NCBI GenBank assembly: GCA_040414485.1
Contig: JBEDUK010000053.1
Location: 3,887 to 67,886, forward strand
Reading direction: 5' to 3'
DNA length: 64,000 bases
Source: Actinomycetota bacterium
Lineage (GTDB): Bacteria; Actinomycetota; UBA4738
Shown in pieces: positions 28,870 through 39,597 of this stretch (position 1 is the first letter of the stretch; every line of letters starts with the position of its first letter). Both the position numbers and the translations under genes were made by a program. The notes under the pieces were generated by a model, which worked only from the letters and a program-made list of their open reading frames with translations, was not told the DNA's origin and searched no databases.

Positions 28870-30103
28870 ACGAGAAGTCGTAGGACAGGTCGCCCGCTTC
28901 CTTGTCGCGTTTGGTCAATTGCGGCAGGCTCCAGTTGTCCTCGATGAACCGGAGCACCGAGGAGAACTCGCCCCAGTGGTGGTCGACCTTGCCGGAGATC
29001 GCGTACGGGCTGATCACCATCAGCGGGACGCGGAACCCCAGTCCGAACTGGTCGACCTGCTGCGGCGCCACGTGGTCGTAGAACCCGCCCCATTCGTCCC
29101 ATGAGACGAAGACGGCGGTGTCCTTCCACATGTCGCTCTTCATGATCGCGTTGACCACGCCGGTCAGCCAGTTCTCGCCCTCGCACATCGACGTCCGGAA
29201 CTTCGGATGCTCCGAATCCTCGAACCGGGGCGCGATCCAGGTGACCGCCGGCAGGCGGTCGTGGTTGATGTCGTCCACCACATGGTCCACGGGAAGGATG
29301 TGCGCCCACTCCTTCGTCATGCGGATGTGGCGGATCGAGTTGTAGGCGGACCAGATGTAGCCGTTCTGGTCGGATTCGGCCGTGTAGGACGCCCACGGCA
29401 CACCGGCCTCGGACAGCAGGTCGCCCTCGGTCTGGAGGTCGAAGCACGGCGGCTTCTCGACGGGATTCCCCTCCTGGTCGTAGACCGGCACCTTCTCCGC
29501 GGCGGGCGCGTCGCACCCCCACGACTTGGCCTTGCCGGACGGGCGCGGCGCTCTCGCGTTCGGCCCGTCGCGGGTCCCGGCGGAGTCGGCGGCGATCGTG
29601 AACAGCCGGTTCGGGAACGACGATCCCAGCACCGAGGCGAAGAAGTTGTCGCCGAGCACGAACCGCTTCGCCCATGCCCACAGGTTCGGGATCTGGTCCG
29701 GGTACATCTGCGTGTACGCGTAGTTCGCGTCGTAGCCCGCCACGTGGTGGCCGAAGCCGTCCATGTTGCCCTTGTTCCAGTCGGCGACGGCGTCGGAGTA
29801 GGCGTGCGGCACGTCCTGCGGGATCACCCAGGAGCCGCGCGTGAGCGGCACCTTCTTGCCGTTCCGCATGCCCGTCGTGGCGCCGTTCGCCCCGGGGAAG
29901 CGCCCGAAGATGTGGTCGAACGACCGGTTCTCCAGGACGATGAACACGACGTGCTTGATGGGCCACGTCGTCTTGATGGAGGAGGCCGGCGGGCCGTCGA
30001 CGACGCCGCGCGAACCGGTGCACCCCGCCGCCAACAGCGCGAGCACCACGCTCACGCCGGCCGCTCCGCGCAGTCTCCTGGCTGCTCGACCCCCCGCAGT
30101 CAC
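28790..30103 (-). CDS. phosphoesterase-family protein (PLC/AcpA, Pfam phosphoesterase), lipoprotein
   Basis: IKHVVFIVLENRSFDHIFGRFPG…WGGFYDHV. Lipobox LLAAGC. GTG start inferred. The 419-aa ORF 28764..30023 is a frame-shifted shadow of this gene. Confidence 0.8.
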   Translation of the reverse strand: MTAGGRAARRLRGAAGVSVVLALLAAGCTGSRGVVDGPPASSIKTTWPIKHVVFIVLENRSFDHIFGRFPGANGATTGMRNGKKVPLTRGSWVIPQDVPHAYSDAVADWNKGNMDGFGHHVAGYDANYAYTQMYPDQIPNLWAWAKRFVLGDNFFASVLGSSFPNRLFTIAADSAGTRDGPNARAPRPSGKAKSWGCDAPAAEKVPVYDQEGNPVEKPPCFDLQTEGDLLSEAGVPWASYTAESDQNGYIWSAYNSIRHIRMTKEWAHILPVDHVVDDINHDRLPAVTWIAPRFEDSEHPKFRTSMCEGENWLTGVVNAIMKSDMWKDTAVFVSWDEWGGFYDHVAPQQVDQFGLGFRVPLMVISPYAISGKVDHHWGEFSSVLRFIEDNWSLPQLTKRDKEAGDLSYDFSFTQAPAKPDPLPPIPNCPASGHSPMP

Positions 30104-30107
30104 GCCG

Positions 30108-31502
30108 TCACGGTACCGGCTTCGCCGCCGCCTGGGCGGCAAGCCAGGCCGGTAGGTGCGGGAACGGGTAGTCGATGCAGTCGCTTCGCAGCGGCAACGG
30201 GTCCGGTAATCGGGGGCTTCGCGTGAAGTCGAAGTCGTAGGACAGATCATTCGCCCGTTCGTCCCTGTTGGTCAGTCGTTGAGTGATGCCCCAGTTCTCA
30301 TCGACGAAGCGCAGCACCGACGCGAACTCGCCCAGGCGGTGGTCGACATGGCCGGTGCGCGCGTACGGGCTGATCACCATCAACGGGACGCGGAACCCCA
30401 TACCGAACGCGTCTACTTTCGGCGGCTTGACGTGGTCGTAGAAGCCGCCCCATTCGTCCCAGGAGAGGAACACCGCGGTGGTCGGCCAGTCGGGGCCGAG
30501 CATCAGCGCGTCGATGATCCGGGTGGACCAGTTCTCCCCGCGGCAGAGGCTGGCCCCGGCGTCGGGATGGTCCGAGACCTCGTAGGTGGGCGTGACCCAC
30601 GACACGGCCGGAAGGTCCCCCTTGCGCGCGTCGGCCACGAACGTGTCGACCGGACGGATGTGCTGCTTCCACGCCGAGGTGTCGCGGATGTGACGCACGG
30701 CGCCGAACGCCGACCAGATGTACCCGCTCTGGTCAGCCGTCGCGGCGTACGCCCGCCAGGAGATGCCCCGACGGGAGAGCAGGTCCCCTTCGGTCCGCAT
30801 GTCGAAGCAGGGAGGGATCCGGACGTCGTCGTCGCCGTCGCCGTCGGTCACGGTCACGTGCTCTGAACGCGGCGCGTCGCACCCCCAGGACTTGGCGGCG
30901 CCGCCGACGGGAGCGACGTCGTCCGGGGTGTCGTGCACGCCGCCCGACTGGCCGGCGATGGTGTACAGGTGGTTCGGGAACGACGGTCCCATCGCCGAGG
31001 CGAAGAAGTTGTCGGAGAGCACGAAGTTCTTCGCCCAGTGCCAGTAGTTGGGGATCTGGTCGGGCCGCATCTGCGTGTATGCGTAGTGGCGGGCGATCGG
31101 CGTCTGGCCGAAGCCGTCCATACGGCCACCGTCATAGTCGGCGACGGCGTCCGCGTAGTGGTGCGGGAGCCGCGCCGGGATGCGCATGACGCCGTCGCGC
31201 AGCGGGACACGACGCCCGTTGTCAAGGCCGGTTCGCACGCCGTTCGCTCCAGGAAAGCGCCCGAACAGATTGTCGAAGCTGCGGTTCTCCTTGACGACGA
31301 ACACGACGTGCTTGATGGGCCACTTCGTGCTGAGCGGGACTGCATCGGTGCCCGGCGCCAGCCAAAACGCACCACCGGCGAGGACGACAAGGCACGCGCC
31401 GATCACGCCGGCGGCGCGGAAGAGAGACGAACGCGGAGCAGTGGGACGAGCCTCGATGGGCCCCGAGTATACTCCCGGCAGTTGGTTGGACCGGCCGGGC
31501 AC
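30108..31502 (-). CDS. phosphoesterase-family protein (PLC/AcpA) paralogue, secreted
   Basis: [23 protein letters not shown]…WGGFYDHV. Signal-peptide-like h-region. Start uncertain; GTG at 31502 proposed. Confidence 0.7.
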   Translation of the reverse strand: MPGRSNQLPGVYSGPIEARPTAPRSSLFRAAGVIGACLVVLAGGAFWLAPGTDAVPLSTKWPIKHVVFVVKENRSFDNLFGRFPGANGVRTGLDNGRRVPLRDGVMRIPARLPHHYADAVADYDGGRMDGFGQTPIARHYAYTQMRPDQIPNYWHWAKNFVLSDNFFASAMGPSFPNHLYTIAGQSGGVHDTPDDVAPVGGAAKSWGCDAPRSEHVTVTDGDGDDDVRIPPCFDMRTEGDLLSRRGISWRAYAATADQSGYIWSAFGAVRHIRDTSAWKQHIRPVDTFVADARKGDLPAVSWVTPTYEVSDHPDAGASLCRGENWSTRIIDALMLGPDWPTTAVFLSWDEWGGFYDHVKPPKVDAFGMGFRVPLMVISPYARTGHVDHRLGEFASVLRFVDENWGITQRLTNRDERANDLSYDFDFTRSPRLPDPLPLRSDCIDYPFPHLPAWLAAQAAAKPVP

Positions 31503-31563
31503 CCCTCCCGGCCGCCCACGGGGAGGCGGCCGCGAGTCTGCGGTCGCCCACGGCCGGAAAGGG

Positions 31564-33681
31564 ATGCCAGGGATGCGGACCAGCGAGGCCGCCCCCGCGC
31601 GAACCTCCCGCGGAGCGATCACGAGCCGCCGGCGCGAGGTCGTCTTCGACGTCGCGATCGTGGTCGCGTTCGGATTGCTGCTGCTGGGACTGGCCTGGCC
31701 GTTCCTGAAGGACACCACCCGGCTCGCGGTGACCAAGGACCCCGCCTGGTACACCTGGCGGGGGAAGCTGATCCTCGAAGCCAACCCCGCGCTGCTCCTG
31801 ACCAAGCATGGACCGTTCGGCATGCTCTCCGGCGGGTACCGGATCACCACGCCGGTGTTCGGGGCGCTTCTGAACCGCGTGGCGGGGATCGCGCCCCAGC
31901 GGTTCACGATCCTGCAGATGATCCTGGCGCCGCTCATGGCGAGCGCCGCCCTGGGGGCGTTCGCCTACCGGAACAAGCGCCGGCCGTTCCTGTTCCTGAT
32001 CACCATGCTCGCGGGTGTCGGTCTGTTCATGACCACGCCGTACCTCGGCTACCTCGACGACGTGACGTGCCTGTTCCTGCTGGCCACCATGCTTCCGTTC
32101 CTCGCGCCGGCAAGGACGTCGTGGGGCGCGCGATCGGCGGTGGCGCTGATCCTGTTCCTGGCCATGCTGACGCACCCGACCACCACGGGGATCTTCGCCC
32201 TGGTGCTGGTGGCGAGCGCCGTCTGGCGGCTGATCGCGTTCCGGTTCGACTGGCGGAAGGTGGCCGAGATGGACGGGCCGATGCTGGTCTCGGCGCTGGT
32301 CGGCCTGCTCGCCGGGGCGGTCTTCTGGAAGCTCGGGCTGTGGGGGGCGAAGGCGGGCTTCGGTGAGGCCGTGCTGGCGCAGCCGTACACGTCGGCGTTC
32401 TTCAAGGCGCGCCTCCAAAGTTGGCTCCAGAGCCTGCATCCGCTGGCCACCTACACGCTGGCCCTGCTGGCGGGGGCCTACATCGTGTCCACCTGGTGGC
32501 AGGACCGGCCGAAGCCCGCGGACTGGCACTCGCGGATCTCGCTGTTGTGGACGCTTCCCCTGATCGGGATCTTCGGGTTCCTGGCCGGCCGCTCGTATCC
32601 GTACTACCGGTTCATCAACCCGACGCTGGCCCCGATGCTTCTCGTCGGCCTGGGCCTGTGGACGCTGGTGTGGGGCGCGCGGCGCGGCGCGAAGCGGCTC
32701 GGATGGAACCGCGAGATCTTCGCCGTCGGCGCCATGGTCATCGCCCTGCTGATCGCCGGGTTCTGGTACCTGAAGCCCGGGTTCCAGACGTGGAACCGGC
32801 AGACGCCGTGGATCGACAATCCGACGCTGGTCGCCGTGACGGCCGCGAGGGCCTACGCGGACGCGCAGCCCGGGACGCCGGTCGTGTTCGTCGTCTCCCC
32901 CGACCCCGCAAGCGCAACGGCCTGGGGCGCGGCGAAGCAGGCCATGAACACCACGCTCGGAGGGCTGTCGGGCAACGAGATCGCGCGCACGTTCTTCTTC
33001 GTCGGGACCCCGCAGGACCTCATCGCGCACCGCCCCACCATCACCGGTCACGCCCTCTATGACCGGATCTCGCGCGGCTTCCTGAGCGATGCCCGGGCCG
33101 GGTTGAAGGGGTTCGACACGCCGCCGGTCGTGCTCCGCCTGGACGTGGACAACCAGTTCGCTCCCGCGTCCGCGCAGGGGTCGCTCCAAGCGTTGACGCC
33201 CGGCGTCTCCGTCGTCGTGGGCCAGGGTCTCGCGCCGTTCTCCACCGATGCTGCCGAAGCGGCGTCGAAGGCCGCCGCCGCGGAGGCCAGGAAGCTCCGC
33301 ACGCATCCGGGCCTGTTCGACGACCTTGGGCATCTGCTGCGAAACGTCATCGGGCTGTTCCTTCTGCTGGTGCTGCCCGGCCTTCTCGCCGCGCGATGGT
33401 TCGACGTCCGCGGGCTCCCGGAGCGGTTGGCGCTCGTACCCGGGCTGTCGGTGGCGCTCGTCCTGGCGGCGGGTGTCGTGGTGATCGCGATCCACCGTGC
33501 CCCGGTGGGACCCGCGGACGGATGGGTCGCGATGGCGTTGGCCGTGGCCGCCGGGCTCGGGTTGCACCTGTTGGCCAGGGCGCGGCCACGGCTCGCCGCC
33601 GGAGCCAACCAGGCATCGCGAGGAGTGGTCGTGGTTCCGGAGGCGAACGGCGACGGCCGCTCGGCCTCACGCAGCCGATAA
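31564..33681 (+). CDS. GT-C-like polytopic membrane protein, paralogue E
   Basis: Motif [19 protein letters not shown]. At least 12 TM helices plus a soluble C-terminal domain. Divergent from phosphoesterase 2. Confidence 0.7.
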   Translation: MPGMRTSEAAPARTSRGAITSRRREVVFDVAIVVAFGLLLLGLAWPFLKDTTRLAVTKDPAWYTWRGKLILEANPALLLTKHGPFGMLSGGYRITTPVFGALLNRVAGIAPQRFTILQMILAPLMASAALGAFAYRNKRRPFLFLITMLAGVGLFMTTPYLGYLDDVTCLFLLATMLPFLAPARTSWGARSAVALILFLAMLTHPTTTGIFALVLVASAVWRLIAFRFDWRKVAEMDGPMLVSALVGLLAGAVFWKLGLWGAKAGFGEAVLAQPYTSAFFKARLQSWLQSLHPLATYTLALLAGAYIVSTWWQDRPKPADWHSRISLLWTLPLIGIFGFLAGRSYPYYRFINPTLAPMLLVGLGLWTLVWGARRGAKRLGWNREIFAVGAMVIALLIAGFWYLKPGFQTWNRQTPWIDNPTLVAVTAARAYADAQPGTPVVFVVSPDPASATAWGAAKQAMNTTLGGLSGNEIARTFFFVGTPQDLIAHRPTITGHALYDRISRGFLSDARAGLKGFDTPPVVLRLDVDNQFAPASAQGSLQALTPGVSVVVGQGLAPFSTDAAEAASKAAAAEARKLRTHPGLFDDLGHLLRNVIGLFLLLVLPGLLAARWFDVRGLPERLALVPGLSVALVLAAGVVVIAIHRAPVGPADGWVAMALAVAAGLGLHLLARARPRLAAGANQASRGVVVVPEANGDGRSASRSR

Positions 33682-33707
33682 GCGGCGCGGACCGGACCCG
33701 GTCTCGA

Positions 33708-34691
33708 TCAGGCCTGATCGGTCGGCGCCGCCGCGGCGGCGTGCTGCGCCTTCGGCTCGGGGACAGGCGCCGTCACCGCGATCGGCTCCGCTTCCTCATC
33801 TGCACTGAGGAGTATCGGCGGGTCCGCCGTGGCATCCGGGATGGCTGCTTCGGCGGCGGCCTCCTCGGACTCGTGCCGCCGCACCTCCGGGTCCGCCTCC
33901 GCAGGTTGCGGCTCGAACGACGCCGGATCGGCCAGGTAGTCGCGGAAGGGCTTGAGCAGCTGCCCGATGTGCCAGCCGTCCGCGTATCGGTGGTCGATCG
34001 TCGCCGTGATCGGCAGGATCGGCCGGATCTCCACCGCTCCGCCGATCGCGACCGGCTTGTCGGCGATCTCTCCCACCAGCACCAGCAGACCCATCTTGTA
34101 GAAGCGCGCCAGGGGGGCGAACCCGAGCGGAAGGCCGAACATCCCGACGCTGGTGATCATCGCCGAGCCGAACGGCGCCTTCCGGACGCTGAACATCTTG
34201 AGGTCCCGGTTCCGGTCGCCCGCCACCCACGCCGAGAATCGCATGGACCACCGGAGCATGGGCACCGGCATGGCCTCCATCATCCTCTTCGTCCTGGCGA
34301 AGTCCGGATCGTCTCCCTGCTTCATCCGGGTGGCCCGATCGGCGAGCTCGGCGGCGACCTCGTAGATCGGCTTGTCGTTCGCGCGATCGATCTTCACGCC
34401 GGAGAGCGACCGGCCCCCCTCGACGGCGGTGATGAAGAACACGTCGACCGTGTCGCGCGGATACATCTTCCCGCCGCGGATCCGCATGTTGAAGTCGGGC
34501 ACCTCGTGGAGCGCGTGGGCCACGGCCCGCCCCACGATGTGGGTGGGGGTGACCCGGTGACCCGCGGCACGGGCGCCGTCGATGAACGAGAGGATGTTCG
34601 TCGCGTCGACTTCCATCGCGCCGTAGATCTGTGGATCGTTCGGCGGGCCCCAGAGCGAGCCCGCGATCCGTCGCCACCCCGTGAGCTTCAT
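33708..34691 (-). CDS. 2-oxoacid dehydrogenase E2-type acyltransferase catalytic domain protein (stand-alone, no lipoyl/E3-binding domains)
   Basis: Catalytic motif DHRYADG near the C-terminus and the CAT-like fold length. Ala/Pro/Glu-rich tail. Confidence 0.7.
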   Translation of the reverse strand: MKLTGWRRIAGSLWGPPNDPQIYGAMEVDATNILSFIDGARAAGHRVTPTHIVGRAVAHALHEVPDFNMRIRGGKMYPRDTVDVFFITAVEGGRSLSGVKIDRANDKPIYEVAAELADRATRMKQGDDPDFARTKRMMEAMPVPMLRWSMRFSAWVAGDRNRDLKMFSVRKAPFGSAMITSVGMFGLPLGFAPLARFYKMGLLVLVGEIADKPVAIGGAVEIRPILPITATIDHRYADGWHIGQLLKPFRDYLADPASFEPQPAEADPEVRRHESEEAAAEAAIPDATADPPILLSADEEAEPIAVTAPVPEPKAQHAAAAAPTDQA

Positions 34692-34765
34692 CTCGCGCCG
34701 TCCCTTCGTCGAAGAGCGCTAGCGTGCCTCATCGCGGCGCGGTCTCACAACACCCGTCCCCCGGA

Positions 34766-35455
34766 TCACGTCGGGAGCGCGTTCAGCAGCTGCCGAACGG
34801 CGGCGGCCGGGTCGTCGGCCTCCGTCACGGCGCGCACGACCGCGATCCGCCGCGCGCCGGCGTCGGCGACCTTCCGCAGGTTCGCCGCGTCGATGCCGCC
34901 GATGGCGAACCACGGCCTCGTCACCTTTCCTGCTGCGCTGCGAACCAGATCAAGCCCGGTCCCGGGGCGCCCGGGCTTCGTCGGCGTGGCGAACACCGGC
35001 CCGGCGGTCAGGTAGTCCGCCTCGGGCGACGCCGAGGCGTGGTCCGCCGCTGAATGGCAGGACAGGCCGACGATCGCCTCGGGACCGAGCACGCCGCGCG
35101 CCCACTCGACCGGCAGGTCGTTCTGCCCCACGTGGACGCCGTCGGCGCCAAGGGCGAGCGCCACGTCCGGCCGGTCGTTCACCGTGAACAGCGCGCCGTG
35201 CCGGACCGCCGCCTCGCGTACCACCTCGCCCACGCGCAGGAGGTCGCCCGCTTCGGCGTCCTTCTCGCGCAATTGCACGATGTCCACGCCCGCGCCCAGG
35301 ATCGCGTCGAGGAAGGGCCGCAGATCGCCGAGGGCCTGCCGCGCGCCGGTGACCACGTAGAGGCGACTGCGCGCCAGCCGCTCGCGCCGCCACGATCCCG
35401 TCCGGTCCGTGCCGTCCGCGAGGCCGTGGCCGTCGGTGTGGTCACCCACCGGCAA
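34766..35455 (-). CDS. thiE: thiamine-phosphate synthase
   Basis: LYVVTG…VQLREKD…GADGVHVGQNDLP…GPVFATPTKPG. The true start may be internal. Confidence 0.85.
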   Translation of the reverse strand: MPVGDHTDGHGLADGTDRTGSWRRERLARSRLYVVTGARQALGDLRPFLDAILGAGVDIVQLREKDAEAGDLLRVGEVVREAAVRHGALFTVNDRPDVALALGADGVHVGQNDLPVEWARGVLGPEAIVGLSCHSAADHASASPEADYLTAGPVFATPTKPGRPGTGLDLVRSAAGKVTRPWFAIGGIDAANLRKVADAGARRIAVVRAVTEADDPAAAVRQLLNALPT

Positions 35456-35651
35456 CCGCCCGAACCAGCTCGAGCCGGTCGCCGGTCTTGAGGATCAGCT
35501 CGCCGTACCGCTCACGTTCCAGCGGCTCGCCGTTCGCCTCGACGATCACGAACGCGGGGTCCAGGCCACGCGCGCGAATGAACGCCTCGACCGTGGTGCC
35601 CGCTTCGACCGCGAAGGGGCGGCCGTTCGCGGTCACGTCGACTCCCTCCAT
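35442..35651 (-). CDS. thiS: sulfur-carrier protein ThiS
   Basis: About 69 aa ending in …VRAVAGG (C-terminal Gly-Gly). Internal ATG chosen. Confidence 0.7.
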   Translation of the reverse strand: MEGVDVTANGRPFAVEAGTTVEAFIRARGLDPAFVIVEANGEPLERERYGELILKTGDRLELVRAVAGG

Positions 35652-35656
35652 GCGGG

Positions 35657-37096
35657 TCACCAGTTCGTCCAGAACAACACCTGCGTCACCCCCGCCTGGG
35701 CCAGCCCGGCGCCGGCCTCCCACCGGAGGCGTTCGGCGGCCGGCGCGGCCGCGGCGGCCAGCAGTGGCACGAAGTACATCCAGAGGTGCTCCGTCTCACC
35801 CCGCAGCACCCCCGCGAGCGCCGACGCGATCATGGCCGCCCACAGCACGGTTTCCAGGCCCGCGCGGCGCGACCGCCAGGCTCTGGCCGTCTGCAGGACC
35901 AACAGGCTCGCCAGGCCCAGGCCGGCCGCGATCAGGAAGGCCGCCACATCCCCGCCGAACGTCCAGTAGGCGAACGACCGCAAACGCACGTCCTCCAGTT
36001 CCCGCTGGGTGCGCTCGGCCGTCGCCAACGACGCAGCCAGGTGGATCCCCGCGAAACGCTGGAGCAGCAGCAGCGCGACGACGAACGCGGCGAGCGCCAC
36101 CGCCGCGCGCGCGATGACGGCGCGCGCCCGGTTCCGACGAAGACCCATCAGGAACAGCCCGGCCGCCACGGGACCGAGCGCGAACAGCCCGTACGTGAGC
36201 GTGACGGCTCCGGCGCTCAGCGCCCCTCCCACGGCCGCCCAGACGGTCCGCCGCGGCGCCGCGGCCAGCGCGGCCATCGCCAAGGCGCCGACGGTCATGA
36301 ACGCCGCGTCGAACGCCGTCGCGGTGTACAGCAGCACGATCGGGCTCGAGGCGAACAGGATCGCGGCGACCCTTCCCGTTCGTTCGCCGTGAACCTCCCG
36401 GCCCAGGAGGTACGCGGGCACGACCGCCAGCGATCCGATGGCCACGATGAGCAGCGCGACCACGGCACCGTCGTCGTGCGCGACCCCGTCCAGCACCCAC
36501 GCCAGCAGGACCGCGCCGGGCGGGTGTGTCAGCGCTCGAAGCGACAGGCGGCCGTGATCCGGGCGGGCGAGCCACGGGTACGCCTGGGCGATCCCCACCG
36601 GGCCGTAGAAGCGCACGATCGGGACGTTCGCCAGGTAGTCGGTCGGACGGTCGATCGGGTCCGCCAGCACCGCCGCCACTCCCCCTGCAGCGCAGCACCC
36701 TGTGTACACCCGCGGCCGAAGGTCCTGCGCCGCGAGCGCGATCGAACCTGCGAACACGAACGCGATCAACGCGCCGAGAAAGACCCCCGTCCGAAGACGC
36801 ATGAGCGATGGGATCGCCAGAAGGAAGAATGCCGCGAGCGCGACCGGGACCGCGAGCGCCGGCGTGGCGAGCGGCACCCACCGCAGGAGCAGGGGTGGAA
36901 GCGTCGACGGGAAGTCGGCGTGCGCAGCAGGCAGCCAGTGCGAACCGGCGATAGCGGCGACCAGCAGCCCGACCGTCCCCACGCGGATCCAGGTATCGCC
37001 GTCCGCACGCACGCGGCGCCAACCGGCGAGCGCACGCGCGCGCGCGGCCGGACGAAGGGTGAGGGACCCGGTCGCGTCCGTCGCGTCGCTCGCCAT
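35657..37096 (-). CDS. polytopic membrane protein (about 479 aa, 10-12 TM; glycosyltransferase-like/DUF) embedded in the thi operon
   Basis: Hydrophobic throughout. Start trimmed to ATG at 37096. Sits between thiH and thiS on the same strand, with 5-22 bp gaps on each side. Confidence 0.55.
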   Translation of the reverse strand: MASDATDATGSLTLRPAARARALAGWRRVRADGDTWIRVGTVGLLVAAIAGSHWLPAAHADFPSTLPPLLLRWVPLATPALAVPVALAAFFLLAIPSLMRLRTGVFLGALIAFVFAGSIALAAQDLRPRVYTGCCAAGGVAAVLADPIDRPTDYLANVPIVRFYGPVGIAQAYPWLARPDHGRLSLRALTHPPGAVLLAWVLDGVAHDDGAVVALLIVAIGSLAVVPAYLLGREVHGERTGRVAAILFASSPIVLLYTATAFDAAFMTVGALAMAALAAAPRRTVWAAVGGALSAGAVTLTYGLFALGPVAAGLFLMGLRRNRARAVIARAAVALAAFVVALLLLQRFAGIHLAASLATAERTQRELEDVRLRSFAYWTFGGDVAAFLIAAGLGLASLLVLQTARAWRSRRAGLETVLWAAMIASALAGVLRGETEHLWMYFVPLLAAAAAPAAERLRWEAGAGLAQAGVTQVLFWTNW

Positions 37097-37118
37097 GCGA
37101 TTCGACGGTTCTACGGCG

Positions 37119-38402
37119 TCACCGATCGCGCCGGGTGCCGGCGGTGAGCATCGCCTCGGTGGCCGGCTGCACCGTGCTCCATTCGGCCCAGACGGGCTCG
37201 TATCCCATCTTCCCGAGCGCCTCGGACACCTCCCGGGGCGTCCGCGTGTCCGCGATCTCGAACTGCTCGGTCGCGTCACCGGGCGCCGTGTATCCGCCGG
37301 GTTCGGTGTGCGAGCCGGCACTCACGTGGGTCACGCCGACGCGGAAGAGGCCGTCGCGGAGCTCCGCGGGCTCGCGGGTGGACAGCACGATCCCCGCGTC
37401 GGGGAGCACGAGCCGCAGCGCGCAGATCAACTGCACCAGTTCGCGATCGGACACCGGGGCGTCGGGCTGCCATCCCGCAGCCGACGGGCGCATCCGTGGG
37501 ACACCCACCGTGACCTGCGTGCGCCAGTGCGTTCGCATGAGGAAGCGGGCATGGGCGGCGAGCGCCAGCGCCTCGTACCGCCAGTCGCCGTGCAGCCCCA
37601 GCAGCGCCCCAAGACCCACGCGCCGCATGCCGGCTCGCGCCGCGCGTTCGGGTCCGAGCAGGCGCCAATCGAAGTGCCGCTTGCGCCCGGCCGGGTGCAC
37701 GCGTCCGTACGTCTCCGGGTGGTAGGTCTCCTGATAGATCACCACGCCCTCGCAACCGGCGTTCGACAGGCGGCGGTATTCGGATTCGCTCCAGACCTGT
37801 ACCTCGATCGAAAGCGACGGAATCTCACCAGACAGCAGTCGCAGCCGCTCCTCGAGGAATCCCACGCCGGTCAGGCGTTCGTGCTCACCGGTGAGGAGCA
37901 GGATCGAACGGTAGCCGCGACGCGCCAGCGCCCGCGCCTCCTCCGCGGTCTCCTCCGCCGACAGCGTGCGCCGCGCGATCGGGAGGTCGCGCGCGAAGCC
38001 GCAGTACGCGCACGTGGTCAGGCACTCGTTCGACAGGTACAGCGGCGCGTACATGCGCATCGTCTTCCCGAAGCGCGCGACGGTCAGGCGGCGCGACGCG
38101 TCCGCCAGCGACTCGAGCCGCTCCCCCGCCGCCGGCGACAGCAGCACGGCGAGATCGGCAAGCGTGCGGTCGAACGGCGAGGCCGTCAGCGCCCGGTCGA
38201 CGTCCGGGCCGCCCGCCGCGCGCGCGCGTTCGAGCAGGCGGTCGAACGGCACCGCGGCGAGGACCTCCGCGAACGTCTCGGAGGGTTCCGGCGCGTCGAA
38301 CCCCCGGCCGTGGCGTTCGGCAGGATGGTCAGGTAGGTTGACTACCTTCGATCTGGCGCCGGGCTCGGAGGAGGCTGCCGATGCAGCCGTCGACGCCCTC
38401 AC
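37119..38402 (-). CDS. thiH: 2-iminoacetate synthase ThiH (radical SAM tyrosine lyase)
   Basis: [15 protein letters not shown] is a radical-SAM CxxxCxxC in the ThiH/HydG context. Confidence 0.85.
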   Translation of the reverse strand: MRASTAASAASSEPGARSKVVNLPDHPAERHGRGFDAPEPSETFAEVLAAVPFDRLLERARAAGGPDVDRALTASPFDRTLADLAVLLSPAAGERLESLADASRRLTVARFGKTMRMYAPLYLSNECLTTCAYCGFARDLPIARRTLSAEETAEEARALARRGYRSILLLTGEHERLTGVGFLEERLRLLSGEIPSLSIEVQVWSESEYRRLSNAGCEGVVIYQETYHPETYGRVHPAGRKRHFDWRLLGPERAARAGMRRVGLGALLGLHGDWRYEALALAAHARFLMRTHWRTQVTVGVPRMRPSAAGWQPDAPVSDRELVQLICALRLVLPDAGIVLSTREPAELRDGLFRVGVTHVSAGSHTEPGGYTAPGDATEQFEIADTRTPREVSEALGKMGYEPVWAEWSTVQPATEAMLTAGTRRDR

Positions 38403-39277
38403 GGAGCGGTCACCGCCGGGTCCGCCTGCGACGTGTGCAGCCGCTCGAGGAAGCCGGTCAGCGGGCTCGACGCGTCGGCGCCGGCGCCCTCGGGGGCCCG
38501 GCCGGACACGAAGGCCTCGCGGCCCGCCTGCACGCCGAGGGCGAACGCGCGTGCCATCCCCACAGGATCCGCCGCGACGGCGATCGCGGTGTTGACCAGC
38601 ACCGCGTCCACGCCCATCTCCATGGCCTCGGCGGCGTGGGAAGGCGCCCCCAGGCCGGCGTCCACCACGACAGGGACCGTGGCCTGTTCGACGATGATCT
38701 GGACGGCCTCACGGGTTCGAACCCCACGATTCGACCCGATCCACGATCCGAGCGGCATGACGGTCGCGCAGCCCGCCTCCTCGAGACGCTTCGCCACCAT
38801 CGGGTCAGCGTTGATGTACGGGAGGACGGTGAAGCCGTCGGCGACCAGGCGCTCCGCCGCGCGGAGTGTCTCCACGGGATCGGGCAGCAGGTAGCGCGGC
38901 TCGGGCGTCACCTCGAGCTTCACCCAGTCCGGCAGCCCCGCGGCGCGGGCCAGTTTCGCCAGACGCACCGCCTCGTCGGCGTCGACCGCGCCCGAGGTGT
39001 TCGGCAGCAGCAGGTAGCGCGAGCGGTCGATGAACTCCAGGATGTCGGGCCCGGCGGTCGCGTCCAGGTCGACGCGCCGCAGCGCAACGGTGACCATCTC
39101 GGTCCCGCTCCCGGCCAGGGCCGCGCGCATGACCTCGTGGGACCCGAACTTCCCGGTCCCCACGATCAGCCGCGAGGCGAACGACCGTCCTGCGATGCGC
39201 AATTCGTCGTCGACGCCGCCGGCAGGTGTCGCGCCGGGATCGGCGTTCGGTGCTCCCGAACCCGTTCGTCGGGCCAT
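38399..39277 (-). CDS. thiG: thiazole synthase
   Basis: [19 protein letters not shown]…[20 protein letters not shown] overlap with thiH. Confidence 0.9.
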   Translation of the reverse strand: MARRTGSGAPNADPGATPAGGVDDELRIAGRSFASRLIVGTGKFGSHEVMRAALAGSGTEMVTVALRRVDLDATAGPDILEFIDRSRYLLLPNTSGAVDADEAVRLAKLARAAGLPDWVKLEVTPEPRYLLPDPVETLRAAERLVADGFTVLPYINADPMVAKRLEEAGCATVMPLGSWIGSNRGVRTREAVQIIVEQATVPVVVDAGLGAPSHAAEAMEMGVDAVLVNTAIAVAADPVGMARAFALGVQAGREAFVSGRAPEGAGADASSPLTGFLERLHTSQADPAVTAP

Positions 39278-39279
39278 TC

Positions 39280-39400
39280 GAGATCAGCTCCCTTCGCCGG
39301 CATTACCCGGATCAGGTCCCAATCGGGTCGCGAGCGCCCGTCCCCCGGCCCCTGGTTCAACGGCCGGTGCCCGCCTCTCAGCCCGGATGCCCCGAGCTCC
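39280..39400 (-). promoter_or_regulatory. TPP (THI-box) riboswitch
   Basis: The minus-strand RNA reads GGGGCAUCCGGGCUGAGAGG…GGGACCUGAUCCGGGUAAUGCCGGCGAAGGGAGCUGAUCUCGA-AUG. It has the CUGAGA and ACCUGAUC…UAAUGCC…GCGAAGGGA conserved cores. The Shine-Dalgarno-like GAAGGGAG lies inside the aptamer's 3' end, 9 nt before the thiG ATG. Confidence 0.85.
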
Positions 39401-39597
39401 CCGGTTTCCTCGCAACCGATGCTATCGCGCCGCGCGACCGATAGACTCCTCGCGTCTTGTTAGCCCATTGAGTCCCGCGCGGTCCGCCGCGGCCCGAATC
39501 GGGCAGGCCTCCCCGGCCCGCCCCGGCCGTCAGGACGGACGAGGTACCGAGCGAGGGCCGGCCGATCGCGGCCGGTCCCGGGACTGGAGCATCTCGA

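Noticed and set aside
28764-30023. 419-aa ORF overlapping phosphoesterase 1 on the same strand
   Set aside because: It is in a different frame from the phosphoesterase gene (motif-bearing ORF 28790..30250).
31222-33567. 781-aa antisense ORF across GT-C paralogue E
   Set aside because: Shadow ORF.
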